A stretch of 64,000 nucleotides of DNA. Source: Verrucomicrobiota bacterium. GTDB taxonomy: Bacteria > Verrucomicrobiota > Kiritimatiellia > CAIQIC01 > JAGNIJ01. A program made the translations under genes and the position numbers. The stretch spans positions 391 through 64,390 of the forward strand of contig JAZDKK010000062.1 in assembly GCA_043803015.1 (NCBI GenBank), in the 5' to 3' direction. The notes under the pieces are model-generated. The model did not search any database, was not told the DNA's origin, and saw only the letters and a list, made by a program, of their open reading frames with translations. Below are positions 55,767-64,000 of this stretch, piece after piece; position 1 is the stretch's first letter; each line of letters starts with the position of its first letter.

Positions 55767-57227
55767 TCACGAGCTCGCCTTATTCATATACACCAAATCC
55801 ATGTTCTTGGCGGCGGCCACTTCGTCCAGCCGCCCGACAGGCGTCGTGACCGGGGCGCGGCGCAGGGCTTCCGGGTCGGTTTTGGCCAGCTCCGCCAGCT
55901 CGATCATGGCCGCCACAAACTCGTCCAGCGTTTCCTTCGTCTCGCTTTCCGTCGGCTCGATCATGATGGCCTCGGGCACGTTCAGCGGGAAGTAGATCGT
56001 GGGCGGATGAAGGCCGCGATCGATCAGGCCCTTGGCGATGTCCAGCGTGTGCACGCCGTACTTCTCCAGGTCCTTGCCGCTGAACACGCACTCGTGCATG
56101 CAGCGCCCGGGCGCCACGGCCCGGTAGTACGGTCGCAGTTTCTCCTGCACGTAGTTGGCGTTCAGCACCGCAATGTCGCTCGCCTCGCGCAGGCCCTCCC
56201 GGCCCAGCATGAGCATGTACGCGTAGGCCCGCACGATCACGCCGAAGTTGCCGTAGAACGGGGCGATGTAGCCGATGCTCTTCGGCGCGTCGTAGTCCAG
56301 GGAGAACGCGCCGTCCTTCGTTCTTACCACCCGCGAGATCGGGAGGTACGGCCGCAGCTTCTCAACCACGCCCACCGGGCCCGAGCCCGGCCCGCCGCCG
56401 CCGTGCGGCGTGGAGAAGGTCTTGTGAAGGTTCAGGTGGCAGACGTCGAACCCGATCTCGCCGGGCTTCACCCGGCCGAGGATCGCGTTCAGGTTCGCGC
56501 CGTCGTAATACATGAGCCCGTCCACCGCGTGGACCGCGTCGGCGATCTCCCGGATGTTGGACACGAAGAGGCCGAGCGTGGAGGGGCAGGTCAGCATGAC
56601 GCCCGCCGTTTCCTTGTTGAGCGCCTTCCGGAAGGCGGCCATGTCGATGTCGCCCTTGGCATCCGACGGTACGGTCACGACTTCGTAGCCGGCGATCGCC
56701 GCGCTCGCGGGGTTCGTGCCGTGGGCGGAGTCCGGAACAAGGATGTGCGTCTTCTGGTTGCCGCGGTCGTGGTGGTACGCCGCCATGATCATGACCCCGG
56801 TGAGCTCGCCGTGAGCGCCGGCCAACGGCTGAAGCGTAAACTCCGCCATGCCCGTGAGTTCCGACAGCAGGCGCTCCGTCTCGTAGAGCAGCTGGAGCGC
56901 GCCCTGCGTGAGCAGGCCCCCGTGCCGGAGCTGGGGCCAGAGCGGGTGAACATCCACGAACCCCGGAAGCTGGGCCGCGGCCTCGCACGCCTTCGGGTTG
57001 TACTTCATCGTGCACGAGCCGAGCGGATAGAAGTGAGTGTCCACGGAGAAGTTGCGGCGGGAGAGCGCCGTGAAATGCCGCACGACCTCTACCTCCGAGA
57101 CCTCCGGCAAGTCGGCGGGCTGGTCCCGCAGGAGCCGCGGATCGATCCGCGGAGCCTGCTCCACCTGGTCCTCCGGCACCTGCACGGCCCGGCGGCCTGG
57201 AGAGCCTTCTTCGTAGATAAGTTTCAT
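55767..57227 (-). CDS. gcvPB: Glycine dehydrogenase (aminomethyl-transferring) subunit 2
   Basis: FYPLGSCTMKYNP and the PLP-lysine context NLHKTFSTPHGGGGPG. 486 aa. Confidence 0.95.
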   Translation of the reverse strand: MKLIYEEGSPGRRAVQVPEDQVEQAPRIDPRLLRDQPADLPEVSEVEVVRHFTALSRRNFSVDTHFYPLGSCTMKYNPKACEAAAQLPGFVDVHPLWPQLRHGGLLTQGALQLLYETERLLSELTGMAEFTLQPLAGAHGELTGVMIMAAYHHDRGNQKTHILVPDSAHGTNPASAAIAGYEVVTVPSDAKGDIDMAAFRKALNKETAGVMLTCPSTLGLFVSNIREIADAVHAVDGLMYYDGANLNAILGRVKPGEIGFDVCHLNLHKTFSTPHGGGGPGSGPVGVVEKLRPYLPISRVVRTKDGAFSLDYDAPKSIGYIAPFYGNFGVIVRAYAYMLMLGREGLREASDIAVLNANYVQEKLRPYYRAVAPGRCMHECVFSGKDLEKYGVHTLDIAKGLIDRGLHPPTIYFPLNVPEAIMIEPTESETKETLDEFVAAMIELAELAKTDPEALRRAPVTTPVGRLDEVAAAKNMDLVYMNKASS

Positions 57228-57233
57228 GGTCGC

Positions 57234-58574
57234 TTACAGAACTGACTCCAGTTTCGCCGCCAGGATGTCGATTTCTTCCTTCGTCCGTTTCTCCGTGAAC
57301 GCCAGCAGGAGGACGTTCTCCATGCCCGGGTAGTAACGGCCTACCGGGAAGCCGGCCGCGATGCCCTGGTCGACCAGGGCGCTGACCACATCGGACGCGT
57401 CGCGCGGCAGGGTCACGGCGAACTCGTTGAAGAAGGGCTGGGGAAACGTCGGGTGGACGCCGCTGATGTTCTTCAGGCGCTTGCGCGCGTACGCCGCGCG
57501 CGATGCGCACAGCCGCGCCACGTCGACGAGGCCCTGCTTGCCCAAGAGCGTGAGGTAGATCAGCGCGCGCAGGGCGCAGAGCGCCTCGTTGGTGCAGATG
57601 TTCGACGTGGCCTTCTCCCGCCGGATATGCTGCTCGCGCGCCTGCAGGGTGAGCACGAAGCCGCGCCGCCCCTGGGCGTCCTTGGTCGAGCCGACGATCC
57701 GGCCCGGCATCTTGCGGACGTGCTTCCGGAGGGTCGCCATGAAGCCCAGGTACGGACCGCCGAACGACAGCGGAAGGCCCAGGCTCTGGCCCTCGCCGGT
57801 GACCACGTCCGCGCCCATGGAGCCCGGCGTCTTCACCAGCCCGAGCGCCAGCGGATACGCCGAGAAGACCGCCAGCGCGCCGACGCGGTGCGCGGACGCC
57901 ACGAGGTCGGCCAGGTCGTCGAGACAGCCGAAGAAATTCGGGTTCTGGAGCAACACCGCCGCGACGGTCTTGTCCAGCTTGGCGGCGAAGGCCGCACGGT
58001 CGGCCAGGCCCAGCGCCACGGGGATCTCCTCGTAGTCGATCGAGAGGTTCCGCGTGTAGCAGCGGAGCATGGTCCGGTAGATCGGGTTGACGCCTTCGTC
58101 CACGAGGATCCGGTTCCGGCCGGTGATCCGCAGGGCCATCATCAGGCCTTCGAACAGCGCCATGCCGCCGTCGTAGAGCGACGCGTTGGCCACCTCCATC
58201 TCCGTGAGCCGGGCGATGGAGGTCTGGTACTCGTAGATCGCCTGGAGCGTGCCTTGGGAAGCCTCCGCCTGGTAGGGGGTGTACGCGGTGTAGAACTCGC
58301 CGCGGCCGGCCAGGGCGTCCACGGCGGAGGGGATGAAGTGATCGTAGAACCCGCCGCCGCAGAAGTTGGTCAGCCGGCCCGAGTTCCGCGCGGCCAGCCC
58401 GCGCAGGGCCTGCAGCATCTCCAGCTCCGACCGGCCCCCGGGGAGGCGGAACGACGACGCCTGGTACTCGCGCGGGACGTCGGCGAACAGCTCGTCGAAC
58501 GACTTCGCGCCGACGGCGGCCAAGAGGGCCCGGCGTTCCTGGTCGCTCGCCGCGCAGAAGGATGTGTGCGACAT
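57234..58574 (-). CDS. gcvPA: Glycine dehydrogenase (aminomethyl-transferring) subunit 1
   Basis: FCGGGFYDHFIPSAVDAL, YTPYQAEASQGTLQAIYEYQT and REQHIRREKATSNICTN. 446 aa. Confidence 0.95.
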   Translation of the reverse strand: MSHTSFCAASDQERRALLAAVGAKSFDELFADVPREYQASSFRLPGGRSELEMLQALRGLAARNSGRLTNFCGGGFYDHFIPSAVDALAGRGEFYTAYTPYQAEASQGTLQAIYEYQTSIARLTEMEVANASLYDGGMALFEGLMMALRITGRNRILVDEGVNPIYRTMLRCYTRNLSIDYEEIPVALGLADRAAFAAKLDKTVAAVLLQNPNFFGCLDDLADLVASAHRVGALAVFSAYPLALGLVKTPGSMGADVVTGEGQSLGLPLSFGGPYLGFMATLRKHVRKMPGRIVGSTKDAQGRRGFVLTLQAREQHIRREKATSNICTNEALCALRALIYLTLLGKQGLVDVARLCASRAAYARKRLKNISGVHPTFPQPFFNEFAVTLPRDASDVVSALVDQGIAAGFPVGRYYPGMENVLLLAFTEKRTKEEIDILAAKLESVL

Positions 58575-58637
58575 CGAGAATGCTCCGAATCGTGCGGGAG
58601 GAATCTACCTGCGAACGCGGCGCGGCTCAATACAGAA

Positions 58638-58853
58638 TCAGCTCCGCTCGAGATTCATGGCGGCGATCCTCTTCTGGATCATGTCCATGTGCTTGGCTTC
58701 CTCGCCGCGGAGCGTCTCCAGCAGGTCGCGCAGGATGGGGATCCGGGTTGCGCTCAGCATCTCATCATAGAAGCGGTAGGCGGCTTTCTCCTTCCGCAGG
58801 GCCGCCTGAAGGATCTCCTCCCACGTGGCGGGTCTCTTGTTTCCGTTGGTCAT
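58638..58853 (-). CDS. Small ferritin-like / rubrerythrin-family two-helix protein (71 aa)
   Basis: MTNGNKRPATWEEILQAALRKEKAAYRFYDEMLSATRIPILRDLLETLRGEEAKHMDMIQKRI. It starts at ATG 58853, with GGAGAA upstream. The rest of the 241-aa track ORF is Arg/Gly/Pro-rich and not protein-like. Confidence 0.6.
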   Translation of the reverse strand: MTNGNKRPATWEEILQAALRKEKAAYRFYDEMLSATRIPILRDLLETLRGEEAKHMDMIQKRIAAMNLERS

Positions 58854-58906
58854 GGGCGTTCTCCGGTTTCCGTGGAATCTACTCGCGGCCCCGGGCCGGC
58901 ACAAGC

Positions 58907-60373
58907 TCACGGCGCGGTGGGGGCCGGCGCCCTGGCCGGAAGCAGGACGATGCTGTACTCGTCGTTCTGAAACCACACCGACGGCTGGGACCAGCGCCGC
59001 CGCCGTTTCTCGAGGACCCGGATCACCTTCCCGGTCTCGCCCCGCCGCGACACGATGTAATGGTTGCGCTCCTTCTCGCGCGTGAACCGTCGCAGGTCGC
59101 GGCCGATGGAGTTCGCCCAGATCGTGTTCGCCACGAAGCCGCTGTAGAACATCAGCGCGTCGGCCGGCACGCGCACGCTGACCACGACCGGTCCCTGCCC
59201 GGCCGCGGCCTTGATCTGCAGGGCGGCCTCCTTCAGCCGCGGGCAGCCGTCGATGACCGGTTTGTAGCGGGCCCCGAGGTAGGCGACCGAGATGGCCACG
59301 ACCGCGGCCGCGCACGCGAGCCGGGCGGAGGCAGGACGGACGGCGGCCAGGAGGTCGTGCCACAGCCCGCCGGAGACGATGGCCGCAAACGGGTAGACGA
59401 GGAGCAGGTAGTTACCCCTCTTGCTGGCGGCCAGGCTGATCAGGAGCAGGAGCACAAGGGAGAGCGCGGCCAAAGAGAGGTAGGGCTTCAGGACCTCGCG
59501 CCGGCGCGCCAGGAACCAGGCGAGCGGCAGGGCGAACAAAAAGAGCGATACCGCTGACCCGCCCCACCAGGTTTCCAGGTAGAAGAAGAAACCGGCTTCC
59601 TGCCCCTCGATCGGCTCCGTGATGCGCCTCAGGATGTTGTAGCCCAGGAACTGGTCGAGGACGATCGGGCCCCAGCGAAGGAACTGTATGACGTACCAGC
59701 CCAGCACGAGCACGGCGGCCAGCCCCGCGGCCTGAAGGGCTTCGCGGGCGCGGGCGCCCGACTTTTCGATCCACCTGAACTGGACGAACGGAACGACGGC
59801 GGCCAGAAGCGCCAGCGGGTTCTTCACGAGGCACCCGAAAGCCAGGGCGGCGGCCGACCCGACGACCCGGCGCCCGGGCGCGCGTCCGTGCAGGAGCCCG
59901 TAGATCCCCGCGAGCATGCCGAGCAGGAGCCCCGAGTCGGGCATGCCCTGGCGCGTGCCGTTGATCCAGTGCGGATTGGCCGCGAGGAACACGGCCGCGA
60001 GCAGGCCGGCCCACGGGCTGCGGCCGGCCCGCGCGGCCAAGACCTGGACGACCCCGAGACAGGCCAGCGCGAACAGCACCGACCAGAGCCGAACGGTGAA
60101 CTCGCTCTGCCCGAACGCCGCGAAGGCGGCCGCCGTAAGCCAGTAGTAGACCGGCGGCTTGTTGAAGTTGCTGATCCGGTTGCTGTACGGCGTGAGCCAG
60201 TCCCCGGTGACCAGCATCTCGCGCGAACGCTCCGCCGTCAGCGCCTCGTCCCAGAACTCGAGGCTGCCTTGCCCGAGGTGCCGGAAGTAGACGAAGGCCA
60301 CCGCGATCCAGAACACCCAGGCGGCGATCACCGCGGCCCTAGCGCTAGCGCGGGGACGTTCTAGATAACTCAT
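58907..60373 (-). CDS. GT-C fold membrane glycosyltransferase (family 39, ArnT/PMT-like)
   Basis: I prefer the start at ATG 60373 (MSYLERPRASARAAVIAAWVFWIAVAFVYF). It has about 11 hydrophobic segments. EFWDEALTAERSREMLVTGDW...NKPPVYYWL resembles the first-loop motif of ArnT/PMT enzymes. The track ORF is extended to 60733, across the RayT gene. Confidence 0.72.
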   Translation of the reverse strand: MSYLERPRASARAAVIAAWVFWIAVAFVYFRHLGQGSLEFWDEALTAERSREMLVTGDWLTPYSNRISNFNKPPVYYWLTAAAFAAFGQSEFTVRLWSVLFALACLGVVQVLAARAGRSPWAGLLAAVFLAANPHWINGTRQGMPDSGLLLGMLAGIYGLLHGRAPGRRVVGSAAALAFGCLVKNPLALLAAVVPFVQFRWIEKSGARAREALQAAGLAAVLVLGWYVIQFLRWGPIVLDQFLGYNILRRITEPIEGQEAGFFFYLETWWGGSAVSLFLFALPLAWFLARRREVLKPYLSLAALSLVLLLLISLAASKRGNYLLLVYPFAAIVSGGLWHDLLAAVRPASARLACAAAVVAISVAYLGARYKPVIDGCPRLKEAALQIKAAAGQGPVVVSVRVPADALMFYSGFVANTIWANSIGRDLRRFTREKERNHYIVSRRGETGKVIRVLEKRRRRWSQPSVWFQNDEYSIVLLPARAPAPTAP

Positions 60374-60417
60374 TTCTGCCGTGTGGATTACGTTGTTATT
60401 CCCGCTCTCCTTGATGC

Positions 60418-61077
60418 TCACCACCGCCTTCCCCGCTTCGCCTTGTGCCGCCCTCCCTTCGCCTCTAACCCTTTCACGAACCCCCGGCTGCCAAGCACGC
60501 GTTGCTGCCTCATCTCCCTCATCTGCGTGTCGATTTCCGTGCTCATGAGCGCGTCGCCGTAGAGCTTGCGGTCTCGGGGTGTGATCTCGTCGAATCCCAG
60601 ATGCGTGTTGGCGTCGGTGACCCCGTCTTGCTCGCCCGCGACGTAGAACCGTGCGCTGGACCAAGGGTATTCCCAGGCGCAGGACGCGATGCCCGCTCTG
60701 ACGGGGTTGCGCTCGATGTACCGGCCGCAGCACGCCAAGTAGTCGCCTATCTCAACTGGCTCGCTCCTGTACCGGCCCTGCCAGAACACTCCCGACGTGC
60801 CGTGGCGGGCGTGGTGGTACTGTGCGTAGGCCTGCTGGAAACCTCCCACGAAACTCCGTAGCCTCTGGAACGGCACCTCGATCAGAAGGTGGTAGTGGGT
60901 TTCCATCCATGCCCAGTGGAAGATTCGTACGCCGCACATGCGCTTGTACTTCCGGACCGCCTTGATGAGAAAGTCTCTGTCATGTTCATCGCGAAAGATG
61001 GGTTGCCGATTGATCCCGCGGTTGAACACGTGATAACAGAGGGCCGTCTGCTGATGTGTTCTGGCTATCCTTGGCAT
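60418..61077 (-). CDS. HUH/Y1 transposase-like protein (IS200-like, REP-associated tyrosine transposase RayT family)
   Basis: HUH motif in WMETHYHLLIEV, and the catalytic-Tyr helix CCGRYIERNPVRAG. 219 aa. I saw no terminal inverted repeats or tnpB next to it. Confidence 0.82.
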   Translation of the reverse strand: MPRIARTHQQTALCYHVFNRGINRQPIFRDEHDRDFLIKAVRKYKRMCGVRIFHWAWMETHYHLLIEVPFQRLRSFVGGFQQAYAQYHHARHGTSGVFWQGRYRSEPVEIGDYLACCGRYIERNPVRAGIASCAWEYPWSSARFYVAGEQDGVTDANTHLGFDEITPRDRKLYGDALMSTEIDTQMREMRQQRVLGSRGFVKGLEAKGGRHKAKRGRRW

Positions 61078-61152
61078 TGGCTCAGCTCCTGATCGCAGTC
61101 AGTTATTCGGTTCGGGAATTACAACGTAACATGTTCTAGTGGAAGAAGTTAT

Positions 61153-62256
61153 CTAGAACGTCCCCGCCGCGTCCTTTCTCCGCGCCGTGCCGTCCCTGTA
61201 GAACGGGAGTTCCGCCACGGCCGCGGGCAGGAGTTTGCCGTGCACGTCGAGGTCGAGCCGCCTTCCGGCCTGGCACAGGTCGCGGTCCACGTACGCCATG
61301 GCGACGGCCACGCCCAGGCTGGGCGCCACCGAGCCGCTCGTGACCTCGCCCACCGCTTTCCCCTCGAGCATCACCTGGTCGTGGGCTCGGGCGGCGCGCT
61401 TGCTGTCGAGCCGGAGCCCCACGAGGAGCCGCGGAACGCCTTGCTCCAGGTCCCGCAGGACGGCCGGCTTCCCGGTAAAGTCCTTCTTCGTATCAACGAA
61501 CTGGCCGCGGCTGGCGGCGACCGGCGTGCGGTCCGGCGACAGCTCGTGGCCGTACAGCGGGTAGCCGACCTCCAGCCGCAGGGTATCCCGCGCGCCCAGT
61601 CCGGCGGGCTTGATCTCGCCCTTTTCAAGAAACAGCTCCCAGAAATGCACGGCCTCGTTAGCCGGGCCGTAGAGCTCGTAGCCCCATTCGCCCGTGTAGC
61701 CGCTGCGGCTGAGCGTGCACGGCGTGCCCGCCAGGACCACGTCCGTGAAGCAGAAGTACTTGAGGTCCGGCAGGCGCACCTGGAGCACGGCTTCCATCGC
61801 CTCGCGCGAGCGGGGGCCCTGGATGTCCAGCTTGGCTGTCCGGTCGGACAGGTCATTGAAAACCGTTTTCGCCGAGAGGCGGCCGCGGATCCAGTCCGCG
61901 TCCTGCTGGAGCGTGCCGGCGTTGACCACGAGCCAGAAATGATCTTCGCCGCGGCGGTAGCAGGTGAGGTCGTCGAGCACTCCGCCGTCGTCCCGCAGGA
62001 GGTAGCCGTACCGGCACTGGCCCTGGCGGATCCCGGCCACCGACTGCGTGAGCAGGCGTTCGAGGTCCGCCCCGGCGGTCGGGCCCTTGAGCTCGAACTC
62101 GCCCATGTGACAGGTGTCGAAGATCGAGGCCCGGCGGCGGGTCTGCTCGTGCTCGGCCAGGATGCCCTCGTACTGGATCGGCATGTCCCAGCCGCCGAAG
62201 GGGGCCATCCTGGCTCCGAGGGCCACGTGCGCGTCGTGGAGCGGCGTCTTCTTCAT
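61153..62256 (-). CDS. gcvT: Glycine cleavage system aminomethyltransferase
   Basis: MKKTPLHDAHVALGARMAPFGGWDMPIQY, CHMGEF and SRSGYTGEWGYEL. 367 aa. Confidence 0.95.
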   Translation of the reverse strand: MKKTPLHDAHVALGARMAPFGGWDMPIQYEGILAEHEQTRRRASIFDTCHMGEFELKGPTAGADLERLLTQSVAGIRQGQCRYGYLLRDDGGVLDDLTCYRRGEDHFWLVVNAGTLQQDADWIRGRLSAKTVFNDLSDRTAKLDIQGPRSREAMEAVLQVRLPDLKYFCFTDVVLAGTPCTLSRSGYTGEWGYELYGPANEAVHFWELFLEKGEIKPAGLGARDTLRLEVGYPLYGHELSPDRTPVAASRGQFVDTKKDFTGKPAVLRDLEQGVPRLLVGLRLDSKRAARAHDQVMLEGKAVGEVTSGSVAPSLGVAVAMAYVDRDLCQAGRRLDLDVHGKLLPAAVAELPFYRDGTARRKDAAGTF

Positions 62257-62315
62257 GCTGGCCGTTATACGTCAGGACGCGCCGCCGGGCCAAACCTTTT
62301 TGGCCCGCCGCGCAT

Positions 62316-62344
62316 TTGAAAAAAAACCGCCTCGCCACTATCCT
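62316..62344 (+). promoter_or_regulatory. Putative sigma-70-type promoter TTGAAA-N17-TATCCT for the UVR-domain gene
   Basis: TTGAAA (62316..62321), a 17-nt spacer, TATCCT (62339..62344), then the GGAGAGAGG ribosome-binding site and GTG 62365. A hairpin GGGCCAAA-cctt-TTTGGCCC lies just upstream at 62287..62306. Confidence 0.4.
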
Positions 62345-62364
62345 ATAGGAGAGAGGAAACGCGC

Positions 62365-63144
62365 GTGAACCAGGACATCTCAGGGATCACCGGGAGCTGG
62401 GACTACGATCCGTCCAGCGTGACCGCCCGGTGGATCAAGGGCAACGACGGCAAGCTGAAGGTCCAGCTGCGGCTCGACCTCGGCCTGTTCCAGATGGAGG
62501 CCGAGGGCCGCCCCGACGGCACGCACCCGCGCGGCTACCCCTCGCTGCTGGATTTCTACCTGGCGCTGGAGAAGACGTCGCCCCAGACCAAGAAGGCCTT
62601 CACGCTCAATGCCGAGTCCTGCGCCGAACTCCAGCAGGAGGCGATGCAGTACTACTACCGGTACCTGTCCTTCTACGCGCTGCGGCATTTCGACGGCGTG
62701 GTCGGCGACACGGAGCACAACCTGGGTCTCCTGGAGCTGGTCCAGCGCCACGCCGACGACGAGGACCTCGTCTGGCAGTTCCTCCAGTTCTACCCCTACG
62801 TCCGCATGATGAACGCGCGGGCCCGCGCCGAGCGCGCCATGGAGGCCAAGCACCACGAGCAGGCCGTCCGCGCCCTGCAGAAAGCGCTCGACGACATCCA
62901 GGCCTTCTGGAACGAGCACGGGGAGAGCGAAGGATTCGGCGGAAGCCAGGAGATCGACCTGCTGACCGACCTGCTGAGCCAGGTCAAGCAGCACACGCCG
63001 AAGAGCACGGCCGACCGCCTGCGCGAACAGCTCGATCACGCGATTTCGGTGGAGAACTACGAGAAAGCGGCCGTTCTGCGCGACCGGTTGAACGATCTGT
63101 CGCACAAGCAGTCCGGCCCTGGCGACGAGTCGTCGAACGCCTGA
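62365..63144 (+). CDS. UVR (UvrB/UvrC motif) domain-containing protein of unknown function
   Basis: The C-terminus LREQLDHAISVENYEKAAVLRDRLNDL matches the UVR motif. GTG start with a good ribosome-binding site. 259 aa. Confidence 0.75.
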   Translation: MNQDISGITGSWDYDPSSVTARWIKGNDGKLKVQLRLDLGLFQMEAEGRPDGTHPRGYPSLLDFYLALEKTSPQTKKAFTLNAESCAELQQEAMQYYYRYLSFYALRHFDGVVGDTEHNLGLLELVQRHADDEDLVWQFLQFYPYVRMMNARARAERAMEAKHHEQAVRALQKALDDIQAFWNEHGESEGFGGSQEIDLLTDLLSQVKQHTPKSTADRLREQLDHAISVENYEKAAVLRDRLNDLSHKQSGPGDESSNA

Positions 63145-63155
63145 CCGTTGCCCCC

Positions 63156-63803
63156 TTAGAAGGCGTACTTCGCGCCCGCGCGGAGGAACCAAGCCTGCAG
63201 TTCGTTGTCCCTGAGATGGCCGTTGTCCACCTCGGTGCGCCCGTGCGTGATATCGGTCTGGTAGCCGCCGCCCAGGAACAGGGACCAGCTTTCGTTCCAC
63301 AGGCGCTCGAAGTCCCCGCCGATCAGGCCGACCCACGCGCTGTCGATATCGAGGTCCACGCGGTACGCGGTGTCCGGTAGGGTGCGGAGAAAATCGATGT
63401 CCGATTGGGTGATCACGTAGCGCACGCCCGCCTCGACGGTGAGATTCCAATCGGCCCAGTCCGCGACCTTGTACAGCAGCGACCCGCCCACGGGAATCAG
63501 CGTCAGGTCGCCGTCGAAATCGCTCATGTCGGGCGCGGAGATGTCGGTGCTGTCGCTGTTGGCCGTCCAGATCGCGTAGCCCAGGGACAGCCCGAGTCCG
63601 AGGGGATCGAAGGCCCAGTTCCGGTACTGGACCTCGAGGCCGGTGCCGGTGCTTTCGTACAGGTCGAACTTGTCGCCGCCGGGGAACCAAAGCGTGAGAT
63701 CGCCCCTGACTTCGTTCAGGAAGTACGCGAAGGAATCCGATTGCGCCAGGGCCGCAACGCCCATGAGGACGACTACGATCACCGCCAGAAGTTTCTTCAT
63801 CAC
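63156..63803 (-). CDS. Small outer-membrane beta-barrel protein
   Basis: Signal MMKKLLAVIVVVLMGVAALAQS, alternating amphipathic strands, and a C-terminal AGAKYAF with a terminal Phe. A GGAGG ribosome-binding site is present. Confidence 0.78.
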   Translation of the reverse strand: MMKKLLAVIVVVLMGVAALAQSDSFAYFLNEVRGDLTLWFPGGDKFDLYESTGTGLEVQYRNWAFDPLGLGLSLGYAIWTANSDSTDISAPDMSDFDGDLTLIPVGGSLLYKVADWADWNLTVEAGVRYVITQSDIDFLRTLPDTAYRVDLDIDSAWVGLIGGDFERLWNESWSLFLGGGYQTDITHGRTEVDNGHLRDNELQAWFLRAGAKYAF

Positions 63804-63912
63804 ACTCCTCCTTTTCTTGGCTTACTCCCGCTCCATGACACATCCCTCCGACCACCGTGTCAAGCCGACATCCGCCTAGTCCGCCTGGCGCCAATGTCGT
63901 AGGATAAGGGCC

Positions 63913-64000
63913 ATGCAACAGCCGGCTTCAACCTCACGCCTGCGGCCCGACCCGAAGCAGGGGGGGCGGTGGGGCTTTTGGCTGAGGATCGTCCTGCTCG
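63913..64000 (+). CDS. 5' end of an ORF that runs off the right edge (unknown, possibly a membrane protein)
   Basis: ATG 63913 follows AAGGG. Translation: MQQPASTSRLRPDPKQGGRWGFWLRIVLL. It is not in the track because it has no stop in the window. Only 29 codons are visible. Confidence 0.3.
   Translation, partial: MQQPASTSRLRPDPKQGGRWGFWLRIVLL

Noticed and set aside
58854-59363. N-terminal 170 aa of the 241-aa track ORF 58638..59363
   Set aside because: This part is Arg/Gly/Pro-rich and overlaps the 3' end of the glycosyltransferase gene in another frame. Only the last 71 codons, starting at ATG 58853 with a ribosome-binding site, look like a real ferritin-like protein.
60382-60390. DnaA-box-like TGTGGATTA
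   Set aside because: It is a single copy with one mismatch to TGTGGATAA. There is no cluster of boxes or AT-rich unwinding element, so it is not evidence of oriC in this window.
60374-60733. N-terminal extension of the 608-aa track ORF 58907..60733
   Set aside because: The extension overlaps the RayT-like gene and is low-complexity. The first transmembrane helix and a plausible ATG are at 60373.
60374-61152. REPtron architecture (REP hairpins flanking the RayT-like gene)
   Set aside because: The 44-bp and 75-bp flanks of the gene are AT-rich and carry none of the CCCCTCC/GGAGGGG or TCCGCC/GGCGGA hairpins. Any link between this gene and the REP-like elements rests only on co-occurrence.
62257-62364. 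Possible glycine riboswitch upstream of gcvT
   Set aside because: The 108-nt leader lacks the conserved glycine-aptamer elements (CTCTGGAGAG ... ACCGAAGGGGCAA type cores). It is largely taken up by a hairpin and the divergent promoter and ribosome-binding site of the 62365 gene.

Overview
GC-rich bacterial chromosomal window (GC not computed). Most long ORFs in the supplied track are antisense shadows of real genes, so I judged each ORF by its protein content. I support about 36 genes. The gene content suggests a PVC-type (Verrucomicrobia/Kiritimatiellae/Lentisphaerae-like) polysaccharide degrader, but that is inference only: a PEP-CTERM protein, PATR-like beta-helix repeats, giant secreted glycoside hydrolases and a short RpoD-like sigma factor. 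(1) Two giant secreted multidomain glycoside hydrolase genes. One runs 9164 down to 1 on the minus strand. It is absent from the ORF track because it leaves the window without a stop. The other is 30764..21270, 3164 aa. (2) Accessory glycan genes: pullulanase, two GH35-like enzymes, a COG3459-like protein, three small CBM-like proteins, two beta-helix paralogs, a DUF11 protein and two LacI regulators with palindromic operator candidates. (3) Housekeeping genes: apt, sigma factor, ppdK, mnmG, mnmE, gcvT, gcvPA, gcvPB. Most notable observations: two perfect parS sites (TGTTCCACGTGGAACA) 60 bp apart, in frame inside mnmG, suggesting an origin-proximal location. A family of 83-120 bp REP/MITE-like elements sits exactly at stop codons and brackets a DUF559 gene, with a RayT-like HUH transposase gene elsewhere in the window. 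A single-polypeptide wHTH + GHKL-ATPase + STAS-like (DUF4325) gene is flanked on both sides by the same 40-bp CTTGACAAT module. The gcv operon is split by about 2.5 kb of foreign genes and has no gcvH. I found no rRNA, tRNA or CRISPR array.
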